NCBI RefSeq assembly: GCF_001457615.1
Contig: NZ_LN831024.1
Location: 6,120,001 to 6,152,000 of the forward strand
Length of the DNA: 32,000 nt
Source: Pseudomonas aeruginosa
GTDB lineage: Bacteria > Pseudomonadota > Gammaproteobacteria > Pseudomonadales > Pseudomonadaceae
Reading direction: 5' to 3'
Each line of letters begins with the position of its first letter. Position 1 is the first letter of the stretch. Under the pieces are notes generated by a model. It was not told the DNA's origin. It did not search any database and saw only the letters and a list, made by a program, of their open reading frames with translations. Shown here one piece after another: positions 8,822 through 16,162 of the stretch. The position numbers and the translations under genes were made by a program.

Positions 8822-10783
8822 ATGCTCGACACCCTCCTCCCCGTCCTGCTCTTCGCCGCCCTGGCACTTGCCGTGCTCGGCGCCGCGAAGCGCTTCCTCA
8901 TGTGGCGCCGCGGCCGACCCGCCAAGGTCGACTGGATCGGCGGCCTCATGCAGATGCCGCGTCGCTACCTGGTGGACCTGCACCATGTGGTAGAGCGCGA
9001 CAGGTACATGTCCAGGACCCACGTCGCCACCGCCGGCGGCTTCGTCCTGGCGGCGCTGCTGGCGATCCTGGTACACGGTTTCGGGCTGCACGGCCGGATC
9101 CTCGGCTTCGCCCTGCTGGCGGCCACGGCGCTGATGTTCGTCGGCGCGCTGTTCGTCGCCCGCCGCCGCCTCGACCCACCGTCGCGGCTGTCGAAGGGCC
9201 CCTGGATGCGCCTGCCGAAGAGCCTGCTGGCGTTCGCCGCGAGCTTCTTCCTCGCCACCCTGCCGGTGGCCGGGATCCTGCCGGAAGGCTTCGGCGGCTG
9301 GTTCCTCGCCGGCCTCCTCGCCATTGGCGTGGCCTGGGGCGTGTCCGAGCTGTTCCTCGGCATGACCTGGGGCGGGCCGATGAAGCACGCCTTCGCCGGT
9401 GCCCTGCACCTGGCCTGGCACCGCCGCGCCGAACGCTTCGGCGGCGGCCGCTCCACCGGCCTCAAGGCGCTCGACCTGGCCGATCCGCAGGCGCCGCTGG
9501 GCGTGGAAAAGCCCAGCGACTTCACCTGGAACCAGTTGCTCGGGTTCGACGCCTGCGTGCAGTGCGGCAAGTGCGAGGCGATGTGCCCGGCGTTCGCCGC
9601 CGGCCAGCCGCTGAACCCGAAGAAGCTGATCCAGGACATGGTCATCGGCCTGGCCGGAGGCAACGACGCGAAGTTCGCCGGCAGCCCCTATCCAGGCAAA
9701 CCGCTGGGCGAGCACGGCGGCGGCCCGCACCAGCCGATCGTCGCGCTGGATGGCAAGGCCCTGGTCGACGCCGACACCCTGTGGTCCTGCACCACCTGCC
9801 GGGCCTGCGTCGAGGAGTGCCCGATGATGATCGAGCACGTCGACGCCATCGTCGACATGCGCCGCCACCTGACCCTGGAGAAAGGCGCCACGCCGAACAA
9901 GGGCGCCGAGGTGCTGGACAACCTGATCGCCACCGACAACCCCGGCGGCTTCGCCCCCGGCGGCCGGTTGAACTGGGCGGCCGACCTGAACCTGCCGCTG
10001 ATGAGCGAGAAGAAGAGCGCCGACGTGCTGTTCTGGGTCGGCGATGGCGCCTTCGACATGCGCAACCAGCGCACCCTGCGCGCCTTCGTGAAGATCCTCA
10101 AGGCAGCCGCGGTGGACTTCGCCGTGCTCGGCCTGGAGGAGCGCGACAGCGGCGACGTGGCGCGCCGGCTGGGCGACGAGGCGACCTTCCAGAACCTGGC
10201 CAGGCGCAATATCGCGACCCTGGCGAAATACCGCTTCACCCGCATCGTCAGCTGCGACCCGCACAGCTTCCATGTGCTGAAGAACGAATACGGCGCCCTC
10301 GGCGGCGACTACCAGGTACTGCACCACAGCACCTTCATCGACGAACTGCTGCGCGCCGGCACGCTGCAACCGGGCCGCAGCAAGGCCGGCAGCGTCACCT
10401 ACCACGACCCCTGCTACCTGGGCCGCTACAACGGCGAGTACGAGGCGCCGCGCAACGTGCTGCGCGCACTCGGCATCGAGGTCAAGGAAATGCAACGCTC
10501 CGGCTTCCGCTCGCGCTGTTGCGGCGGCGGTGGCGGCGCGCCGATCACCGACATCCCCGGCAAGCAACGGATTCCCGACATGCGCATGGCCGACATCCGC
10601 GAGACCGGCGCCGAGCTGGTGGCCGTCGGCTGCCCGCAGTGCACCGCGATGCTCGAAGGCGTAGTGGCGCCGCGGCCGGAGATCAAGGACATCGCCGAGC
10701 TGGTAGCGGAAGCGCTGATAGAACAGGCGGAAGCGCCGGCAAAAAAGCCGTTGCGGCGTGAAGCCGTGGCGGAGGTGCATTGA
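8822..10783 (+). CDS. dgcB: Dimethylglycine catabolism membrane-associated Fe-S protein (heterodisulfide-reductase/CCG-domain type)
   Basis: 653 aa; N-terminal TM helices, CVQCGKCEAMCPAF and CTTCRACVEECPM 4Fe-4S motifs, C-terminal CCG-type motifs (HDPCYLGRYNGEY, CCGGGGG). Confidence 0.92.
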   Translation: MLDTLLPVLLFAALALAVLGAAKRFLMWRRGRPAKVDWIGGLMQMPRRYLVDLHHVVERDRYMSRTHVATAGGFVLAALLAILVHGFGLHGRILGFALLAATALMFVGALFVARRRLDPPSRLSKGPWMRLPKSLLAFAASFFLATLPVAGILPEGFGGWFLAGLLAIGVAWGVSELFLGMTWGGPMKHAFAGALHLAWHRRAERFGGGRSTGLKALDLADPQAPLGVEKPSDFTWNQLLGFDACVQCGKCEAMCPAFAAGQPLNPKKLIQDMVIGLAGGNDAKFAGSPYPGKPLGEHGGGPHQPIVALDGKALVDADTLWSCTTCRACVEECPMMIEHVDAIVDMRRHLTLEKGATPNKGAEVLDNLIATDNPGGFAPGGRLNWAADLNLPLMSEKKSADVLFWVGDGAFDMRNQRTLRAFVKILKAAAVDFAVLGLEERDSGDVARRLGDEATFQNLARRNIATLAKYRFTRIVSCDPHSFHVLKNEYGALGGDYQVLHHSTFIDELLRAGTLQPGRSKAGSVTYHDPCYLGRYNGEYEAPRNVLRALGIEVKEMQRSGFRSRCCGGGGGAPITDIPGKQRIPDMRMADIRETGAELVAVGCPQCTAMLEGVVAPRPEIKDIAELVAEALIEQAEAPAKKPLRREAVAEVH

Positions 10784-10836
10784 TGAGAGTGTCGAGCTTC
10801 ACATCGAACCCGCTGCTAACCGGGGCAGCACGGATA

Positions 10837-10865
10837 GCGGCCTCTCCCTCCAGGGAGGGGGCCGC
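10837..10865. repeat. Spacer inverted repeat, member 3 (dgcB-etfA)
   Basis: GCGGCCTCTCCCTCCAGGGAGGGGGCCGC; outer GCGGCC/GGCCGC and inner CTCCCT/AGGGAG arms. Confidence 0.8.
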
Positions 10866-10901
10866 AGGATCGGGTAGCCGCAGCCACAGGAAGCATTCCG
10901 C

Positions 10902-12134
10902 ATGAACGATATCGTCCGTCGCGATCCACGCGCCGAATGGATCGCCCGCAACCGCCTGCATCCGCTGCATGCGGCCATGCAGTCCGCCCAAGGCGGCGAG
11001 GTGCGCTGGATGGGCCCCCACGGCGTGATCCGCAAGAACCCGCACGCCGTCGGCTTCCTCGGCCCCAACGGCATCCGCCGCATCGATCGCTCCGGCGGCC
11101 AGCAGGGCAGCGGCGCGCGCCGCGCCAGCGTAGCGCAGGAAGCGCAGTTGCCGCTGCATGTGGTCGAGCAACCGGCATTCCTCGTCGCGGTGGTCCCGGA
11201 CATGGTCGGCGGCCGTCTCTCCAGCCACGACAAGGACCTCCTCGGACTGGCCCGCAAGCTCGCCGGCAACGACGGCGCGGTGCTCGCCGTGGTGTTCGGC
11301 GAACACAAGGAAAGCGCCTTCGACAGCGCCGGCGTCGACCGCCTGCTGCACCTCGCCGGCGGCGAGTACGACGGCTACGCGCCCGAGCAGCGAATACTCG
11401 CCCTGCGCAACCTGGAGAACCAGCTCGCCCCGCGCCACTGGCTGTTCCCGGACAGTCGCAACGGCGGCGGCGAACTGGGCCGGCGCCTGGCCGCCGCGCT
11501 CGGCGAGCGGCCGGCCGGTCGCGTCTGGCAGGTCGAGGACGGCCGCTGCATCGGCCGCGCCGGCGCCGGCCGCGAGGACATCCAGCGCGCCCTGCCGCGC
11601 CTGCTGCTGGCCGCGGCGGAATGCGCCGAGCCGGTCAGCGAGACCCGCCATGAGGTTCGCGAACTGCACATGGCCGAGCAGGTGGCGCGCAACCTGCCAC
11701 GCATCGAGGACCTCGGCCCGGTGGCCGTGGACCCGGCGCGGATTCCCATGGCCGAGGCCGAATTCATTCTCTCCGGCGGCAACGGCGTGCAGGACTGGAC
11801 GCTGTTCCACCAGGCCGCCGCCGTCCTCGGCGCCACCGAGGGCGCCTCGCGGGTGGCGGTGGACGACGGGCACATGCCGCGCAACCGCCAGGTCGGCGCC
11901 ACCGGTACCTGGGTCACCGCGCGGGTCTACCTGGCGGTGGGCATCTCCGGGGCGATCCAGCACCTGCAGGGCATAGGCGCCTGCGACAAGGTGGTGGCGG
12001 TGAACCGCGACGCCGGCTGCGACATGATCAAGCGCGCCGATCTCTCGGTGATCGGCGACTCGACGGAAATCCTCCGCGCGCTGATCCGCCTGGCCGAGGC
12101 ACACCGCAACGGCGCCGCCCGCGATGCGGCCTGA
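10902..12134 (+). CDS. etfA: Electron transfer flavoprotein alpha subunit
   Basis: 410 aa; C-terminal FAD-binding segment RKQ-like GDDGHMPRNRQVGATGTWVTARVYLAVGISGAIQHLQGIGACDKVVAVNRDAGCDMIKRADLSVIGDSTEIL is diagnostic of EtfA. Confidence 0.9.
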   Translation: MNDIVRRDPRAEWIARNRLHPLHAAMQSAQGGEVRWMGPHGVIRKNPHAVGFLGPNGIRRIDRSGGQQGSGARRASVAQEAQLPLHVVEQPAFLVAVVPDMVGGRLSSHDKDLLGLARKLAGNDGAVLAVVFGEHKESAFDSAGVDRLLHLAGGEYDGYAPEQRILALRNLENQLAPRHWLFPDSRNGGGELGRRLAAALGERPAGRVWQVEDGRCIGRAGAGREDIQRALPRLLLAAAECAEPVSETRHEVRELHMAEQVARNLPRIEDLGPVAVDPARIPMAEAEFILSGGNGVQDWTLFHQAAAVLGATEGASRVAVDDGHMPRNRQVGATGTWVTARVYLAVGISGAIQHLQGIGACDKVVAVNRDAGCDMIKRADLSVIGDSTEILRALIRLAEAHRNGAARDAA

Positions 12135-12169
12135 ACCCGCTTCCACGTACCTTTCATCGGTATCGAACC

Positions 12170-12943
12170 ATGACTGAGCTGAACATCGTCGCGCTGGTCT
12201 CCATCGGCGCCCATCCCGCCTCCGGACGCCCGCGCCGTGCCGAACAGGACGCCCGCGCGGTGGAACTCGGCCTGCGCCTGAGCGGCCCACGCCTACAGGT
12301 GCTGCACGCCGGCGACCCGCACGCCGAGGCGCTGCGCGGCTATCTCGGCATGGGCCTGGAACGCTTGTCCGTGCTGGAACAGCCGGCCGGCGCCGACGCC
12401 CTGCCCGCACTGGCCGAGCACCTGCGCGACTCCCGCGCGCAACTGGTGCTCACCGGCAGCCAGGCGGAAACCGGGGAAGGCTCCGGGATGCTGCCCTTCC
12501 TCCTCGCCGAGCGCCTGGGCTGGCCACTGGTGGTCGGCCTGGCCGAGGTCGAGAAGGTCGAAGACGGCAGCGCTCAGGTCCTCCAGGCTCTGCCTCGCGG
12601 CCAGCGACGCCGACTGCGGGTACGCCTGCCGTTCGTCGCCAGCGTCGACAATGCCGCGCCGGTGGCCCGGCAGAGCGCCTTCGGCCCGGCTAGGCGTGGC
12701 GAGATCGAGGCCCATGAGGTGGAGGTGGTCGACGACCCGCTGCTCGCCGAAGACAGCCTGCAACCGGCCCGGCCGCGACCGAAGCGGCTCAAGGTAATCA
12801 AGGCGAAGACCGGCGCCGAGCGAATGAAAGCCGCCACCGCCAAGGCCTCCGGCGGTACCGGGCAGGTACTCAAGGATCTTTCGGCGGAAGCCGGCGCCGA
12901 AGCCATCTTCAAGCTCCTGCGCGAGGAAGGCGTGATCCGCTGA
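12170..12943 (+). CDS. etfB: Electron transfer flavoprotein beta subunit (divergent)
   Basis: 257 aa directly downstream of etfA with EtfB-type layout (D.RAVELGLRLSG..., TGSQAETGEGSGMLPFLLAERLGWPLVVGLAEVEK, VRLPFVASVDN). Confidence 0.85.
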   Translation: MTELNIVALVSIGAHPASGRPRRAEQDARAVELGLRLSGPRLQVLHAGDPHAEALRGYLGMGLERLSVLEQPAGADALPALAEHLRDSRAQLVLTGSQAETGEGSGMLPFLLAERLGWPLVVGLAEVEKVEDGSAQVLQALPRGQRRRLRVRLPFVASVDNAAPVARQSAFGPARRGEIEAHEVEVVDDPLLAEDSLQPARPRPKRLKVIKAKTGAERMKAATAKASGGTGQVLKDLSAEAGAEAIFKLLREEGVIR

Positions 12944-12992
12944 AGCGGGTCAGAACGCACTGTGCGCCAGATCACAAGTTATGACGTGGTGA

Positions 12993-13022
12993 CGATAAAT
13001 TATTGTATTACGATAATTTATT
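12993..13022. repeat. AT-rich imperfect direct repeat CGATAAATTATT / CGATAATTTATT, also readable as a perfect inverted repeat ATAAATTAT...ATAATTTAT
   Basis: Read directly: 12993-13004 cgataaattatt, 13011-13022 cgataatttatt; inverted arms 12995-13003 and 13013-13021. Lies just upstream of the membrane protein/HTH gene pair. Confidence 0.85.
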
Positions 13023-13067
13023 CCCTAGTTTCGCCATCCAGACGCGAAACACACAGGGGAACCCGGC

Positions 13068-13637
13068 ATGGCGCTGTCCACGCATCTCAGCAACCACAAG
13101 CTCTATCTGCTCGGCATGCTCTGCGCCATCCTGGCCTGGGGCATGGCCTGCATCGAACTCGGAGCGAACACCCACCTCTGGTTCTCCGGCCTCAGCGAGC
13201 AGGGCTACCTGCAGGCCTGGAGCGATGAAATGCCGCGCCTGGCCAGCGACGGCTTCGTCCTGTCCTGGAGCAGCCGGGCGCTGCTGATGCTGCTGGACTA
13301 CCTGCCGACCCTGCTTTCCGCGTTCGGCCTGGCGCTCACCGGCCTGTTCTTCCGCCGCCTGGCCAAGGGCGAACGCTGGTCGCAGCGCAACGCCAGGACC
13401 CTGGTGCACATCGGCCTGCTGTCCTTCCTGGCACTCTTGCTCCAGCCATTTATCAATACGCTGCAAGGTCTTGTACTATCTCTCGACCTGCCCGACGGCG
13501 AGCGTGTCCTGAGCGTTTCGATAGGACTCACTTCCGAAGCGGCCTACGAGTTTCTCAAGGCGATCTTTCTCTGCTCGTTCGGCCTGATGATGAGCGAAGC
13601 CAGGAAACTGGACGAAGAAGTAAGAGCCTTCATATGA
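13068..13637 (+). CDS. DUF2975-like four-TM membrane protein
   Basis: 189 aa with several hydrophobic segments (LYLLGMLCAILAWGMACIE, ALLMLLDYLPTLLSAFGLALTGLFF, GLLSFLALLLQPFI); followed immediately by a small HTH gene as in DUF2975/YozG-like pairs. Confidence 0.75.
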   Translation: MALSTHLSNHKLYLLGMLCAILAWGMACIELGANTHLWFSGLSEQGYLQAWSDEMPRLASDGFVLSWSSRALLMLLDYLPTLLSAFGLALTGLFFRRLAKGERWSQRNARTLVHIGLLSFLALLLQPFINTLQGLVLSLDLPDGERVLSVSIGLTSEAAYEFLKAIFLCSFGLMMSEARKLDEEVRAFI

Positions 13638-13644
13638 CGACCTC

Positions 13645-13851
13645 ATGATCATCATCCGACTAGACGTCATCCTGGCGAAGAACAAGGTCCGCTCCAAGGA
13701 GCTGGCGGAAGCCATCGGTATCACCGAACAGAACCTGTCCCTGCTGAAGAACGGCAAGGTCAAGGGCATCCGCCTCGACACCCTGGAGAAGATCTGCGCC
13801 TTCCTGGACTGCCAGCCGGGCGACATCCTGGAATACGTCGCGGACGACTGA
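13645..13851 (+). CDS. Small Xre/Cro-type helix-turn-helix regulator (YozG-like)
   Basis: 68 aa MIIIRLDVILAKNKVRSKELAEAIGITEQNLSLLKNGKVKGIRLDTLEKICAFLDCQPGDILEYVADD, complete HTH_26/Cro-like pattern. Confidence 0.92.
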   Translation: MIIIRLDVILAKNKVRSKELAEAIGITEQNLSLLKNGKVKGIRLDTLEKICAFLDCQPGDILEYVADD

Positions 13852-13882
13852 TCCCCGCTCCACCCTTTCCCAACCAGAAACC

Positions 13883-14287
13883 ATGAACAGACACCTGAAC
13901 CTCTCGGGCGTTGCGCTCGCGCTCGCCCTGATCTCGGGCTGCGGCCCCTCCGTCCGCTACCAGTACGTGATGCCGCCGAGCGAAGCGGGACGCACCTGCG
14001 TCGCCCAGTGCCGCACGCAACAGAGCCAGTGCGAAAGCCTCGCGCGCCTGGAATGGCAGAACGAAAACCGCCTGCGCGAAGCGGAACGGCGCAGCTACCA
14101 CTATTGCAGCCAGGGCAAGAGCAAGAAGCAGGCGCGCAAGGAATGCCTGGCACCAGGCTATTCCTCCTCGTTCGGCTACAACGGCTTCGGCGGCTCCGGC
14201 AACTTCAACTGCAGTTCCGACTACGACCGCTGCTTCACCGACATCTGCGGCGGCACCATCCGCCGCATCGTCGAGCAACTTCAATGA
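13883..14287 (+). CDS. Putative cysteine-rich lipoprotein
   Basis: 134 aa, signal peptide with lipobox-like ALISGC followed by Cys-rich mature region. Confidence 0.75.
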   Translation: MNRHLNLSGVALALALISGCGPSVRYQYVMPPSEAGRTCVAQCRTQQSQCESLARLEWQNENRLREAERRSYHYCSQGKSKKQARKECLAPGYSSSFGYNGFGGSGNFNCSSDYDRCFTDICGGTIRRIVEQLQ

Positions 14288-14300
14288 TCGGAGTATCCCC

Positions 14301-14534
14301 ATGAGCCGACGCCTCTTCCCTCTCCTGCCGTTCCTGTTCCTGGTCGGCTGCGCCCAGGGCTATCCCTCCTTCTCCGGCATCCTTCCGGACGTCCGCGTCA
14401 GCGGCGACGAACGCAGCTACGCCGAGCGCGCCGAAGACTGCCTGAAACGGCGCAACTGCCCGCCGGCCACCGATCGCGATCCCTTCGTCGCCGACCCCGG
14501 GCACTACTCGCTGGGCGGCAGCTTTCACTGGTGA
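14301..14534 (+). CDS. Small putative lipoprotein
   Basis: 77 aa MSRRLFPLLPFLFLVGCAQGYPSFSG..., lipobox FLVGC. Confidence 0.7.
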   Translation: MSRRLFPLLPFLFLVGCAQGYPSFSGILPDVRVSGDERSYAERAEDCLKRRNCPPATDRDPFVADPGHYSLGGSFHW

Positions 14535-14629
14535 AGCCGGGTGCCGAAGCCTGGCAACCGACCACGGACCTGGCTTCGGCAGGCGCTTTTCTTTATCCTG
14601 CGCGCCCTTTGAACGACTGGGACGAGATC

Positions 14630-14863
14630 ATGCTGGAGAACACCCTGGAACGCCTGGAAACCCTGGTAGCCGAGCTGCTGCAACAGAACCAGGCCCTGCG
14701 CGACAGCCACGACCAGCTTCAGCAGCAGCTGTGCCAGGCCACCGAGGAAAACGAAACCCTGCAACTCTCCATGCTCGAGCAGGAAGAAAAGCAGAGCGGC
14801 ACCCAGGCCCGCCTGGAAGCCCTGGTCGAGCGCCTCAGCGCGCAGCAACCGGTTAGCGCATGA
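14630..14863 (+). CDS. Short coiled-coil protein resembling ZapB / TIGR02449 family
   Basis: 77 aa MLENTLERLETLVAELLQQNQALRDSHDQLQQQLCQATEENETLQLSMLEQEEK...; coupled (ATGA overlap) to a ZapA-like gene. Start at 14630 preferred over the upstream GTG at 14531. Confidence 0.78.
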   Translation: MLENTLERLETLVAELLQQNQALRDSHDQLQQQLCQATEENETLQLSMLEQEEKQSGTQARLEALVERLSAQQPVSA

Positions 14864-15150
14864 GCCGCGACGGCGTCCAGGTCCTGTCGATCCTCGGCCG
14901 GGACTATTCGATCCGCGTGCCGGCCGGCGAGGAGAGGGCCCTAGCGGACGCCGCCGCGTTGCTGCAAGCGGAAGTGGACGCCAACAAGCGCAAGTTTCCC
15001 TACGTCACCAGCAACGAGCTGGTGGTGCTCTCCGCGCTCAATCTCTGCGCCCGCCAGCTCGGCGCGAACGACGGCGAGTCGCCGCGCCTGCGAGCGGTGG
15101 AGCAGCGCCTGGAAGCGCTGGTCGAGCGGATCGCCGGGGCATCCGGCTAG
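14860..15150 (+). CDS. ZapA-like cell division protein paralog
   Basis: 96 aa MSRDGVQVLSILGRDYSIRVPAGEERALADAAALLQAEVDANKRKFPYVTSNELVVLSALNLCARQL..., ZapA pattern (V.ILGR.Y.I..P..E...L..AA..L). Confidence 0.82.
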   Translation: MSRDGVQVLSILGRDYSIRVPAGEERALADAAALLQAEVDANKRKFPYVTSNELVVLSALNLCARQLGANDGESPRLRAVEQRLEALVERIAGASG

Positions 15151-15323
15151 TCGCGCGCCTGCGGACTCGCCCAATACAGCTGCCGATGCCCGCGCGCCTG
15201 GTAGTCCTTGACCAGCGCGCAGGCCTCGTCGCGCGTCAGGTCGCGGCGCATGACGAAGGCATTGCCGTTGTCGTCCTGGCGCCACAGGCACCAGCGCGTT
15301 TCCTCCGCCGGCTTCGCCGCCAC
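15147..15323 (-). CDS. Small hypothetical protein (58 aa), GTG start, not in supplied ORF track
   Basis: Manual translation: V(M)AAKPAEETRWCLWRQDDNGNAFVMRRDLTRDEACALVKDYQARGHRQLYWASPQARD*. Starts 4 nt after the stop of the HdeD-like gene; stop codon overlaps the convergent zapA-like stop. Confidence 0.6.
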   Translation of the reverse strand: MAAKPAEETRWCLWRQDDNGNAFVMRRDLTRDEACALVKDYQARGHRQLYWASPQARD

Positions 15324-15327
15324 CGCG

Positions 15328-15888
15328 TCAGGCCTTCAGGGTCGAAGTCTTGCGCAAGCGCAGCGCGAGCATGACCAGCAACACGCCGAAGAACACCGCG
15401 TAGGCGCCGATCACCCAGACCACCGCCAGCGCCCCGGCGCCGGGGTTGGCGATCATCAGCACGCCGAACAGCACCGAGATGGCACCAGAGAGGATCATCC
15501 ACCATTCGTTCTGGATCGACTTGCGCAGGCGGATCGCCGCGACGATCTGGAAGATGCCCATCGCCAGCGCCCAGCCGGCGATGATCAGGAGTAGGCCGAT
15601 GGCGGTCAGTTGCGGCCAGAAGAACGCAACCAGGCCGGCCGCCACGCCGATCACCCCGGCCAGCGCCAGCGGCCAGTTGAACTGCCCATCGCTGCGCATG
15701 TTGAACGCGGCGATCAGGGCGAACGCTCCGTCCACCAGCGCGTAGGCGCCCCAGAACAGCACCAGCACGGTCAGCGCCAGGGCCGGCGAGAGCAGGGTCA
15801 GGACGCCGAACACCAGCGCCGCCACGCCGCGCAGGGCCACCAGTTTCCAGTGCTTGCCCAGTTCGGCCCACAGGGGATTGTTTTCCAC
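15328..15888 (-). CDS. HdeD/DUF308 family membrane protein
   Basis: 186 aa MENNPLWAELGKHWKLVALRGVAALVFGVLTLLSPALALTVLVLFWGAYALVDGAFALIAAF... multi-TM with HdeD motifs; GTG start. Confidence 0.87.
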   Translation of the reverse strand: MENNPLWAELGKHWKLVALRGVAALVFGVLTLLSPALALTVLVLFWGAYALVDGAFALIAAFNMRSDGQFNWPLALAGVIGVAAGLVAFFWPQLTAIGLLLIIAGWALAMGIFQIVAAIRLRKSIQNEWWMILSGAISVLFGVLMIANPGAGALAVVWVIGAYAVFFGVLLVMLALRLRKTSTLKA

Positions 15889-16004
15889 GCTTGCCTCCAG
15901 AGGCCGCCCTTGAGCGGCCCGTTCAGGTTGAGTCCTCCCACCTTAGTCCTTTTGCCGGGAGGCTGTCAGGGGGCGGAGGCGGGAGGCAAGGCGTGCGCGC
16001 GGGC

Positions 16005-16115
16005 TCAGGGCCGGGACTTCTCCGGCGGCCGCTGGCGGCGCCAGCAGGCGAACAGGTTCCAGGCCAGCAGCAGGCTGACGAAAGCGGAACTGACGTAGAA
16101 CAGCAGGTTGTCCAT
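16005..16115 (-). CDS. 36-aa putative single-pass membrane microprotein downstream of gbcA
   Basis: MDNLLFYVSSAFVSLLLAWNLFACWRRQRPPEKSRP*; TM-like helix followed by basic tail; near-ideal Shine-Dalgarno GGAGGAAAGGTC before ATG; 47 nt downstream of gbcA stop. Confidence 0.65.
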   Translation of the reverse strand: MDNLLFYVSSAFVSLLLAWNLFACWRRQRPPEKSRP

Positions 16116-16162
16116 GACCTTTCCTCCGCAGCGGCGCCCCGCCAGGGGGCGCCTCGTCCGGC

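Noticed and set aside
7549-8949. 466-aa ORF on the minus strand opposite dgcA
   Set aside because: Shadow frame of dgcA with low-complexity His/Val/Arg/Ala-rich composition.
8609-10780. 723-aa ORF on the minus strand opposite dgcB
   Set aside because: Shadow frame of dgcB; repetitive AGGAAAAEAFG-type composition with no family pattern.
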